Part shown: in pieces, positions 16,106-24,000 of the stretch
Layout: each line of letters begins with the position of its first letter
Numbering within the stretch: the stretch's first letter is position 1
Assembly (NCBI RefSeq): GCF_000296215.2
Contig: NZ_CP013949.1
Location: forward strand, 7,298,248 to 7,322,247
Direction of reading: 5' to 3'
Origin: Bradyrhizobium sp. CCGE-LA001
GTDB lineage: Bacteria > Pseudomonadota > Alphaproteobacteria > Rhizobiales > Xanthobacteraceae
Length of the DNA: 24,000 nucleotides
Notes under the pieces: model-generated
Seen by the model: the letters and a program-made list of their open reading frames with translations, nothing else
Database searches by the model: none
Told to the model about the DNA's origin: nothing
Translations under genes and position numbers: made by a program

Positions 16106-17112
16106 GTCGGCCTCGGTCCGATCATTCGCAAACGCATGGGTTTCGCCAGCGGCGCGGGGGGCAGGCTTACCTGCCGCATCTCGTCTAAGATCGGGCCCCA
16201 GGACTCGAGCTTGTCGCCCAGGTTTACGTAATTCTTAATTTCGTCCTGAACAATCCGCGTCAATGTATCGCGCCAGCTGATAAAGTTCAGTCCAGCGGCA
16301 TCGCTGGCTACACGCCCTATCTCTTCAAGGACGAGTCCGGCGAGGAAGTGCCGCACGCCGCCTTCAAGGTACGAGACATTTGTCTTTTCGCGCAGCAAGG
16401 ACATACGAAGAAGAATGGCTACGAGTTCCGGACCAACGATCACGTTGCTCGCACTCGCATCAATTGTCGTTTCGGACGGGAAATCGAACTGCCCAAGCTG
16501 AGTGGGCGTTGCACTGGAATATTCGCGCACTATCCTCGGCAGGAATACGCTCGGCCTACTCGCCATACCTTGCCCAATCTGCCGGTGCAGCAGCGCATCG
16601 AAAACCTGACGTGGCCGCAAAATCCGATCGTGGTCGAGCCGGGTCGCAGCAATCCGAAGCAGCCGTCCAAGGTTTGCCGAAACATAGGGCACGGCGCTCT
16701 CAGGCCAGGTGAACGCGAGAATGTCCTGTAGAGCAGCGCCACGGTCTCGTGCCGGCGCCAGCGGATCCGCCAGAGGAGCGATACCGTTCTGACCGATCGT
16801 GCCGGTCCCCTGCAGCGTATCTGGTTCTTCACCAGCAGCCTGCTGCTCTCTACTGCCCGCTTGTTCGTCGAAATCGGATTCGCTCTCGTTCTTCGCCTTT
16901 CCTGGGCGTCGATCGACCCTCCGACGCAATTCTGAAAGTTGACTTTCCAATTCGATCTGCCGCGACGTCTTGGACCATCCAGGCTCCTCGGACGGCGACG
17001 CGCTTGATGAGACGGATGTCACATACGGCTTATTTCGGGCAGCCTCGAGCGCTGCGATCTCCCGTTCAAGGTTCGCTATCTGGTCATGCAGGTTACTTGC
17101 GAGTTCTTGCAT
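15976..17112 (-). CDS. Coiled-coil protein with possible Clp_N-like helical repeats; probably fused in a -1 frame to the KAP NTPase
   Basis: ORF given to 17178; likely start ATG at 17112 (MQELASNLHDQIANLEREIAALE). Helical segments VSANLGRLLRIAATRLDHDRILRPRQVFDALLHRQIGQGMASRPSVFLPRIVREY and VIVGPELVAILLRMSLLREKTNVSYLEGGVRHFLAGLVLEEIGRVASDAAGLNF. The C-terminus overlaps the KAP ORF by 130 nt. Confidence 0.72.
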   Translation of the reverse strand: MQELASNLHDQIANLEREIAALEAARNKPYVTSVSSSASPSEEPGWSKTSRQIELESQLSELRRRVDRRPGKAKNESESDFDEQAGSREQQAAGEEPDTLQGTGTIGQNGIAPLADPLAPARDRGAALQDILAFTWPESAVPYVSANLGRLLRIAATRLDHDRILRPRQVFDALLHRQIGQGMASRPSVFLPRIVREYSSATPTQLGQFDFPSETTIDASASNVIVGPELVAILLRMSLLREKTNVSYLEGGVRHFLAGLVLEEIGRVASDAAGLNFISWRDTLTRIVQDEIKNYVNLGDKLESWGPILDEMRQVSLPPAPLAKPMRLRMIGPRPTCSTPGAMRRRLLICYCSMTSSRRSRLECSVLGVRERVRLSAC

Positions 17113-17674
17113 TGCATCGCCCTCGTGCCGGCATTCAAGGTCGAGGCAGGTGAAACCGCGCCCGCGGCGACGCCTCAACGGTCGGATGCATGTAATCTAA
17201 TTCACAATCGTGACCTGTGCTACACACCGGCGTCGCGAAGAGCCGGTGGATTGCGCAACGGCGCGCAGGCGAAGGGCTGCGGCGGCACAACGCCCGCCGA
17301 CCCGCGATCATTGAGGCGTTCAGAAACTCAGGCGGAAAGCCTGAATGTGCGGAAAATGAGTCCGCAATTGGTGCGTGATTGGCCTCGCAAAGAATCTGCT
17401 TTCTGGCGATTAGCAGACTGCGGATTGAGTTCAGGACCTGCGCTTGTTAGCCCGAACCGAAGCGGTTTGAGGGAGGATGCGGGTCCCTCCGAGGACGCCA
17501 CCCCCTACGGCACAAACGCGCCCCAGAAAATCACCAGCCGCAGAGGGCGGAAGCTGGGTTGACAAGGTTGACACGTTGACAGTCGACAACAAGCGATCAT
17601 TAAGACAATTCATTTCCATTGCGCGACATCGATCAGGATGGTCCGACGGATGAGAAAGTGCGCATTTGGCGGTA

Positions 17675-18445
17675 TCAGCGCTGCGCCCAGGACAGCAGCC
17701 AGCCCGACGACAGCGTCGTGAGCCAGAGGATGACGACTAGCGTCAGCCAGGCGAATGGTACGACGAAAGCGAGAAGTGGTTCAGGCGCCTTTGCGACGGC
17801 TACCTTGCCGCTATTGCGACCCGAGGTGTAACTTGTCTGTGCCGGCTTCGTTTTCAGCCATCGGGCCAGCGCGCTGACGCCAAGGTTGATGAGCAGTGCC
17901 GCAACCAGGGCATGCGCAGCGCTGGCGGCGATCTCGTACTGGTCTCCCTTCAAGTCAAGGCTCCGCAATAGCAGACTGATTGAATCGATCGCATGGTTCT
18001 CGCGCTGGCCGGACTGGAGCTTCTCAGCAAGCAGAAACGACAGCGACAACAGGATCACCGTGACGGAAAACGCTGACACGATCGATGTCATCATCACTCG
18101 GTGCGCCAAGGATTGCAGCGGCGATTTGTCATACCCGCAGCTCACGAACATTCGAGTCAGAACAAACAGTCCGAAGACGGCCAAGAGAGCGGCGACGGCG
18201 GCAAGAAAGAAATATTCTGGATATTCTCCGAGTAGCTTGCCGTATCCGCCGGGGTGCACGCGCATCAGATGCAGCAGGAACGGCAGCGACAGCCAGATCA
18301 GCGCGGCTAGTCCGCGTTCGATGCGGCGATTACCGAGCATCGCGCGACCAGGAAAGCGCGTCAGGGTTAGCATGCTGGACGGCTCGGCCTCCGCCTCGAT
18401 CGCCTCGCTGGCAAGCACGGCTGCGGACATACTGCTGGTCGGCAT
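17675..18445 (-). CDS. Polytopic membrane protein of unknown function (~256 aa)
   Basis: Hydrophobic segments GLAALIWLSLPFLLHLM, YFFLAAVAALLAVFGLFVLTR, MMTSIVSAFSVTVILLSLSFLLA, ALVAALLINLGVSALA, LLAFVVPFAWLTLVVILWLTTLSSGWLL. Start lies 13 nt from the upstream gene's stop. Confidence 0.75.
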   Translation of the reverse strand: MPTSSMSAAVLASEAIEAEAEPSSMLTLTRFPGRAMLGNRRIERGLAALIWLSLPFLLHLMRVHPGGYGKLLGEYPEYFFLAAVAALLAVFGLFVLTRMFVSCGYDKSPLQSLAHRVMMTSIVSAFSVTVILLSLSFLLAEKLQSGQRENHAIDSISLLLRSLDLKGDQYEIAASAAHALVAALLINLGVSALARWLKTKPAQTSYTSGRNSGKVAVAKAPEPLLAFVVPFAWLTLVVILWLTTLSSGWLLSWAQR

Positions 18446-18458
18446 CGATAGCTCCCGT

Positions 18459-19388
18459 TTAGCGGCCCGAGGAAGTCTTCCACGTGACGGTCCGTACTAA
18501 GGGCGTGCGATCGCCATTCTTGCTCGCGCGCCACAGTCTGATCATGGTCCGATAGGGTTGCCAAGTCCTGAACGACCAGGAATCCTGGGTCGGAACACTG
18601 AAGCCGAAGCAAGCCGGTGCCGCGCTGTCACCTGCCGAAACGATAGCGAATTCAGTGGTATAGGAGCCGCGAGTCTCCGCGTCCTTCTTCTGACGCCTAC
18701 GCTCGGCGTCAGCGCCGAACACGGTCCGCAGCACCTCCATGTCGTCGGGCAACCTCTCGAAGCCGTAAGTCTTCCAGCGCTGTCCGCGGGTAACAAGATC
18801 GCTGTTACTTCCGACGCAGTCGGTGCCGCCGTCCTTCAGATCGAGATGCAGACGATCGCCTATGTTCGTTCCCAGCGGGTTGCGCGAAATGTCATCGGCG
18901 TGATTCTGGGCATATTCGCGCATGCTGACCCAGCGGCTGTTGAGCCAACGACCACCACCAAACTGCAGTAACGCCTTGCCGCCCGAGCACTCCGTTGCAA
19001 TGCCCGGCCGCCAGAGTTTGACCTTGTCTGCCTCGATCCGGCTCCCGATATCCACCCCGGGCTCCTCAATCGTTTCGGTGCGCACACTCCAGACTTCTTC
19101 CCGGCCCGCCAGGACCCTGCCGCCGATCATGAACAAGCGCGCTTCGGGGTGATATGTCAGGGCTACGCCGTTGACGCGATAATAGCGGCGGCCGTCCCCG
19201 AGGCTGCCAGCTTCGCCCGGCGCGGCAGCAATGTGGGCCGGATAAAGCAGGAACAGGCCGCGCGCAGCGCCGAGTCCGGTACAGACGGCCTGGTCGTCGT
19301 TCCAATTGGGGACCTGTGCAGCCGCCGGAGCAAGGGTCCCGAGCCACGCCACGAACATCGGTATCGGCAATAGATGAACAAAATTCAT
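18459..19388 (-). CDS. Secreted/periplasmic protein of unknown function (~309 aa)
   Basis: ORF given to 19418; ATG at 19388 yields a signal peptide MNFVHLLPIPMFVAWLGTLAPAAAQVP. Mature region contains a few Cys and no recognised family. Confidence 0.7.
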   Translation of the reverse strand: MNFVHLLPIPMFVAWLGTLAPAAAQVPNWNDDQAVCTGLGAARGLFLLYPAHIAAAPGEAGSLGDGRRYYRVNGVALTYHPEARLFMIGGRVLAGREEVWSVRTETIEEPGVDIGSRIEADKVKLWRPGIATECSGGKALLQFGGGRWLNSRWVSMREYAQNHADDISRNPLGTNIGDRLHLDLKDGGTDCVGSNSDLVTRGQRWKTYGFERLPDDMEVLRTVFGADAERRRQKKDAETRGSYTTEFAIVSAGDSAAPACFGFSVPTQDSWSFRTWQPYRTMIRLWRASKNGDRTPLVRTVTWKTSSGR

Positions 19389-19484
19389 GTCGAACGGCCC
19401 CCGATCTCGATCAACCACAAAGTTCGCTAACGCACATTAGCGCCTGACAATAATAGAAGGATGCCCCTCAGCATCTACCAACGT

Positions 19485-22265
19485 TCACTGCTTTCCCGCC
19501 CTCTTCTGCTTCGCCACGCGCTGTTTCACCGCCTTCTCGACCGCAGCGATGAAACTGCCGACGCCGCTGTCAGTGGCAGTCGGAGCGATCGTGTCGATGA
19601 CGTGCTCGCCGAGCGCGCGGTAGGCCTCGAACTGGGTCTCCCCGAAAAACTGGTCTGTCGTTGGCTCATGCGGAAACTTCTCGTGCATGAGCGCGTAGCT
19701 GCGCACGGACAGGGGGGCGCTATCGTCGCGGCACGGCTTCATGTAGAGCAGTTTGCCGGTGCTGCGCTCAGGCAGGTGATAGGTAATGGTGGCGACGGCG
19801 CAAGGCGAGGAGGCATCGGTCAGCCTGGCGGCGATGTCGAACGACTCGAACTGCACGGTGACGCCGAGGTCGATCTCCGCCCGCCGCAGCGCGTTGCCGA
19901 GGTCCTCGAAAGTCATCTTGCAGTCCTCACCTCCGTCGCTGACGACGATGAGCCGGCACCGCCGGCGTAACATTTCGTAGATGCCCAGATTGTCGAAGTG
20001 GCCGCCGTCCGACAAGTAGACATAGTGTCGATCCGCGGTGGTGATCCCGAGCGCTTCGGAGATTAGAGGGATTGCGGAGAACAGCGGCCCCGAACTCTTG
20101 TGGCTCTTGTGTCCTTTCGGCCCCGGATTTCCGTACCACGCACCGAGACGAACGTTGAACAGCGTCATCAGGATGCTGTAGGCGGGCGACGAACTGTAGC
20201 CCATATTCGGGCTGACGGCGGCGCCGGAAACCGTCATCGCACTCCCGAGCGTGATGCCGCCACCATAGTCCCCAGTATTGCGGAAATAGCCGGCCGGCAG
20301 GCCCCCCGATTGCCCCATCGATGGCAGATCGCCGGTGCCGATCGCGAGCGGCGTTGCCGTGAACGATACCGCCTTGCGCTCCTGCCAGGCGAGTTGCGAG
20401 CTGCCGACGACGTTCAGCGCCATGTTTACTACGAGCAAAGGCGGGCGCTGGCCCGGTTTGTTTGCCGGCGCCGGCTCCCTCACCCTTGTCCCCGGCCAGA
20501 TCGTTGCAAGGCCGAGATCGTCGTTGCGGTCGAAGTCGGTCAGTTCGTTGGCCTCGCGCGGATGATGCGAGGCGCCGAGGAATGTTCGGATCAGGCGATT
20601 GCGATAGACTCCGTGCATCGAGAAGCGATTGATGTCGACAAAATACGACGTTGCAAGGGCGATCGTCATAGCTGCGGCGGCTACCGCCCAGGTCAGTCCA
20701 GTGTCGGTGTGGGCAGGAAGCAGTGCCGTGCCGTGGATATGCCAGTCGAGCACGACCGACGTCAGCACGATCAGACTGACCGTGAACACCATCGTCGCCA
20801 CAGCCATCACCAGATCGCGCGGCAGCTCCATCCACGACCTGACGTTTTCCTTGATCGTCGCTGTTGTCGATTTTGCCCAGCCGAGCAGCGCCGTTGTTGC
20901 GCCGGCGAGGCTGCCCACGCCGGCGAAGCCCGCCAACTGCAGCCTCGTTGGATGGCTCATCAAATCGAAGACGATTAGCGACCCGAGCAGCACTAGACCA
21001 AACAGAAGGAGCCAGGCTGTTGCCGCCAGTAGATGATGCCCGGCCGCGCGCGCCAACCACTCGCGCTCGCCGTCGCTCCAGTCTGTCATGTGCGTCAGCG
21101 CCACATAGATGACTTCGCCGAGGAACAGGGTGAGCATGACAACCGGCGGTCCTGCAATGATGAAAGTATGCCGCGGCGTCAGCGGTGCCGGCAGGTCGTG
21201 CAACCGGTCACCGCCATAAATCGCAAGACCAACCAATGCCGCCCCCACCGCCCAGCTCACCACGATAGCGCCAGCGACAGTTGCAAGTTTCCGCGGCGCG
21301 ATCAGAGACGCGTCGCTGGGCGGGCGTGCGAAACTCGAAAAATAGAGCGCGACAAGGCAGGCGAGTAGGCCGGTAACGGCGCTGACGCTGGCAAAAAAGA
21401 AGGTGATGCTGATCGAGAGGGGAGAATTTTGATATCCGGCGATGTTGTCAGGCGGAAAGACGAAGCCGACGTCCGTGATCGTGATGTCCGGCGGAAGGAC
21501 GAAGCCGATGGTAGCGACCGTGATCAGCGTCGCGCCGATCAGCATCGGAATGATCTCGAATACATAGAAATTGAACAGGCCGGAATCAGCCACGTCTCCG
21601 TGGGGCCCCGGCCGCTGCCCGATAGAATCCACGAACGACATACCCATGAAAGCGACCGCGATAATCGCGAGCATGGCACGCCATTCCGGTGGAGCGTTCC
21701 AAGCGCCGACCGCAATCAGCTTTACCGCTGCGACGACCAGCACGACGACTGGCAGCAGCACTAGCCAGTTAAGCAGCAGATTGCGAACATAGATCACGCC
21801 CATCGTTAACCGGTCAGCGGAGAACAGCCCGGTCCGCGGCGTCAGGTAGTTGCTGTAGTTGCGCAGGTGCCGTAGTGGTGAATTCGTGCGCATTGGTTCA
21901 TTGCCGCTGAGCTGCCCCTGCGCATCGTCGAATCCATGCCGCTGGATCCAAGCGACGAGGAAACTGCCAACATAGCCGCCGCCGGACACAGTCGACAGAT
22001 AGTCGAATTTTTCCAAAATTTGCCGCTTCGCCAGTCCCTGCACAATGCCGAGCGCGAACGCAGCGCTGCGGATTCCGCCACCCGAAAGGCACAGCGCCGC
22101 AAGCGGCGTCGCAAGATCCTCGACCAGCCTGTGATAGCGATCGATATTGGCTGCCGTATTGGCCTGAGAATTCTGCTCTGGACCGATGACACCCGAGCGG
22201 CGATAGCGGACATACTGCAGCTCCTCGAGCAACACTTCGCTGGTGTCCTTGATATCGTCGATCAT
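19485..22265 (-). CDS. Membrane-embedded patatin-like phospholipase (926 aa)
   Basis: Oxyanion motif LCLSGGGIRSAAFALGIVQGL, nucleophile elbow FDYLSTVSGGGYVGSFLVAW, catalytic DGG in YVYLSDGGHFDNLGIYEMLRRRCRLIVVSDGG. Multiple TM helices lie between the Ser and Asp motifs. Confidence 0.93.
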   Translation of the reverse strand: MIDDIKDTSEVLLEELQYVRYRRSGVIGPEQNSQANTAANIDRYHRLVEDLATPLAALCLSGGGIRSAAFALGIVQGLAKRQILEKFDYLSTVSGGGYVGSFLVAWIQRHGFDDAQGQLSGNEPMRTNSPLRHLRNYSNYLTPRTGLFSADRLTMGVIYVRNLLLNWLVLLPVVVLVVAAVKLIAVGAWNAPPEWRAMLAIIAVAFMGMSFVDSIGQRPGPHGDVADSGLFNFYVFEIIPMLIGATLITVATIGFVLPPDITITDVGFVFPPDNIAGYQNSPLSISITFFFASVSAVTGLLACLVALYFSSFARPPSDASLIAPRKLATVAGAIVVSWAVGAALVGLAIYGGDRLHDLPAPLTPRHTFIIAGPPVVMLTLFLGEVIYVALTHMTDWSDGEREWLARAAGHHLLAATAWLLLFGLVLLGSLIVFDLMSHPTRLQLAGFAGVGSLAGATTALLGWAKSTTATIKENVRSWMELPRDLVMAVATMVFTVSLIVLTSVVLDWHIHGTALLPAHTDTGLTWAVAAAAMTIALATSYFVDINRFSMHGVYRNRLIRTFLGASHHPREANELTDFDRNDDLGLATIWPGTRVREPAPANKPGQRPPLLVVNMALNVVGSSQLAWQERKAVSFTATPLAIGTGDLPSMGQSGGLPAGYFRNTGDYGGGITLGSAMTVSGAAVSPNMGYSSSPAYSILMTLFNVRLGAWYGNPGPKGHKSHKSSGPLFSAIPLISEALGITTADRHYVYLSDGGHFDNLGIYEMLRRRCRLIVVSDGGEDCKMTFEDLGNALRRAEIDLGVTVQFESFDIAARLTDASSPCAVATITYHLPERSTGKLLYMKPCRDDSAPLSVRSYALMHEKFPHEPTTDQFFGETQFEAYRALGEHVIDTIAPTATDSGVGSFIAAVEKAVKQRVAKQKRAGKQ

Positions 22266-22285
22266 GGTGTCCGTTCCCGCGATGC

Positions 22286-24000
22286 TCAGTTCGGTGGAGC
22301 CGGAGCAACCGGCGACGCCGGCAGGCGCTGCAGTGTGACCTGCGCGGTGCCGCGATTGTTAGAGTAGTAGCAGCCGTAGGGCCCCAGGAATGGCACGATC
22401 TGGATCGCATCGTTCACGTAGAGGAAAAGCTCGCCCGATTCCGGCGCGATGAAATCGGCAACGAACTCGCGCGCGAGGTTCTGCGCGTCCCACTCCTGCT
22501 TCGCGTCGTCCATTTTTGACGCATCGATCTTGTCAGTCGGGATCAGCCGGCAGTCCTTGTTGCCGTTGTTCGCGACCGTTTCGGGGCTAGGTGCGTAGGC
22601 AAACCTGGACGGCAGCTCCTGCATCAGCGCCGGCGCGGCCTTGCGCGGCAGTTCGTCGGCCGGTCGCTTGTTATTGGCAACCAACGGCCATTCGGAGGTG
22701 CCCCACTTGCCGACACGGGCGATCGGTTGGAACCAGTCCGCGTGATACCAGCGCCGGCTAGCGAGGCCCAGGCCGTGGGAGGTGAAAAGCGACGTCGTGA
22801 AGCCGTTCGTGCCCGACATGGTCGTGCGGTCGAACCATGGCTCCACGACTTTCATCGATAGGCGGTACTGGCGGCCTTTCTCGATCCAAAGCCCGCTACC
22901 CCAGCACATCGCGCTCGTTTCGAACAGTTTGCCGGCTTGCTTCGGCGTTTCGTCGACTACGAACTCGCCCGCGGTCACGCACATCGGGGTGCTGCGTCCG
23001 GCGTACCAGTCGAACAATGAGCGGTTGCCAGCGACGAATACGGAGCCGAAAAGAGCGGTGAGCAGCACCCCCGGAAAGACCCAGGTCGATACGAGCATCG
23101 CCAGCCCGTTCGCGAGATGGCAGTTGCGCATCTCGCGCGCGAAGCTGCGTCTGCCGGCATGCTCCCGCGCCGCCTCGCAGGTTTCGCGCTCTTTGCCTGC
23201 GACAATGCGCTCCGGGTGATACCAAGCAAGTCGCGCGCGCTCGCGGATCCTGTCACGCAGCGACGTCGACCATTGATAGGCAAAAAAGATGAAGGTGGCG
23301 AGCAAGAGCGTGAGCAACGGATAAGTGCGTGCTGTCTCGAGCCACGCGGCGGCTGCCGAAGGCAGGAAAGCCTGCAACAGATCGAAGGGCACCGCGAGAA
23401 CGCGAACGGACCGATCGTTACCCTCCTCGAGCTGTTCAAAGACCCCCCCAAGTCCCGCCAGAACGGCGAGGCCGCGCAGTACGGCCACAAGTTTCGGCGC
23501 GAGAACCGGCCAGGCCAGGGCCACCGCGGCGAGCGCGAGCAGCCAGAAATAGGAAACGCGCCGCCACCACACCGTATCGAGAGTCCGTTCGACGATCGTC
23601 TCGCTGGGCGGCGGCAACTGGTCGATCGCGGCCTCGCCGGCCGCAGCATTGTCGCGCCGCGCTTGCGTCGCATTGGCCGCCGGCTGCCAGCGGACCCGCG
23701 CGCGCTTCTCCGGTGGCAAGATCAATTCCGCCGTTGCGCCGGTCGGTCCCGGGAGCCAGACCAGCGACTTCGCCGGCAGCGTCACCGGCGCATAGTTGTC
23801 GCAGCCCTTGAGCATGCGCTGCACCACGCTGTGATGCAGCACCGGCGGCCCACCATCTTTCAAGTCGCTTGCGATGCCGCGCGGACTGTAGCGATAGAAC
23901 ACAGCGGCGCCCGCGCGCGAGTCGTGCACCGGACCGATCGCCGACTGATAGGCGCGGAAATAATCGATGCGCCCGTCCTGGAAGCGCAGCTGGCCCTCGA
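22286..24000 (-). CDS. C-terminal portion of a membrane-anchored protein, possibly an alpha/beta-hydrolase (DUF2235-like) with a lectin-like C-terminal domain; 5' end outside the window
   Basis: The frame stays open from 23929 to 24000 (EGQLRFQDGRIDYFRAYQSAIGPVHDSRAGAAVFYRYSPRG), so the listed start at 23929 is internal. IGPVHDSRAG... and LHHSVVQRMLKGCDNYAPVTLP resemble the end of DUF2235-type hydrolase domains. TM segments follow, then FVADFIAPESGELFLYVNDAIQIVPFLGPYGCYYSNNRGTAQVTLQRL, which resembles PA-IL/galactose-binding-like folds. Confidence 0.6.
   Translation of the reverse strand, partial: EGQLRFQDGRIDYFRAYQSAIGPVHDSRAGAAVFYRYSPRGIASDLKDGGPPVLHHSVVQRMLKGCDNYAPVTLPAKSLVWLPGPTGATAELILPPEKRARVRWQPAANATQARRDNAAAGEAAIDQLPPPSETIVERTLDTVWWRRVSYFWLLALAAVALAWPVLAPKLVAVLRGLAVLAGLGGVFEQLEEGNDRSVRVLAVPFDLLQAFLPSAAAAWLETARTYPLLTLLLATFIFFAYQWSTSLRDRIRERARLAWYHPERIVAGKERETCEAAREHAGRRSFAREMRNCHLANGLAMLVSTWVFPGVLLTALFGSVFVAGNRSLFDWYAGRSTPMCVTAGEFVVDETPKQAGKLFETSAMCWGSGLWIEKGRQYRLSMKVVEPWFDRTTMSGTNGFTTSLFTSHGLGLASRRWYHADWFQPIARVGKWGTSEWPLVANNKRPADELPRKAAPALMQELPSRFAYAPSPETVANNGNKDCRLIPTDKIDASKMDDAKQEWDAQNLAREFVADFIAPESGELFLYVNDAIQIVPFLGPYGCYYSNNRGTAQVTLQRLPASPVAPAPPN

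Larger units (their letters stand above)
10003..24000 (+). mobile_element. Integrative element/genomic island, left end inside the window, right end outside
   Basis: A tRNA 3' att-like fragment directly abuts a tyrosine recombinase gene at 10132, followed by an AlpA/excisionase-like gene, a HTH_36 gene and unrelated cargo. The right boundary is not visible, so the true extent is unknown. Confidence 0.7.

Noticed and set aside
16150-16240. Canonical heptameric X XXY YYZ slippery site for the KAP fusion
   Set aside because: In the upstream frame the run reads ctg|ccc|ccc|gcg, which is not a proper X_XXY_YYZ heptamer. I therefore propose a frame change without claiming a canonical signal.
17086-17562. 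158-aa + strand ORF in the gap upstream of the KAP unit
   Set aside because: Overlaps the 5' end of the minus-strand gene, has no recognisable motif and has low-quality composition. Probably spurious, so not called.
20100-20978. 292-aa and related + strand ORFs opposite the patatin gene
   Set aside because: Antisense shadow frames; the opposite strand encodes clear patatin motifs and TM helices.

Overview
This is a GC-rich window with rhizobial/alphaproteobacterial character (inferred from protein style and the tRNA 3' end). It splits into two parts.

(A) 1 to ~10,000 looks like ordinary chromosome. It contains a GntR/FadR-type regulator, a divergently oriented periplasmic substrate-binding protein with two FadR-like operators between them, a zinc-ribbon/class III cyclase/AAA/TPR protein, a small hypothetical protein, and a large outer-membrane protein made of four tandem Omp25/Omp31-like barrels.

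(B) From ~10,003 onward the window looks like an integrated element. A ~45-nt 3' fragment of a tRNA-Met(CAT) gene and its terminator sit directly beside a tyrosine recombinase gene, followed by an AlpA-like HTH gene, a HTH_36-like gene and hypotheticals.

The main cargo is on the minus strand, read right to left. It comprises: a truncated protein resembling the C-terminal part of an alpha/beta-hydrolase (DUF2235-like), with transmembrane segments and a lectin-like C-terminus; a membrane-embedded patatin-like phospholipase; a secreted protein; a polytopic membrane protein; a coiled-coil protein with possible Clp_N-like repeats; and a KAP P-loop NTPase with internal TM helices.

The last two ORFs appear to be one coding unit split by a -1 frame change near a G6/C6 homopolymer. 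The lipase/KAP locus is the best candidate here for a poorly described, possibly defensive or antagonistic, membrane-targeting system. All family names come from reading motifs by eye; no database search was run.
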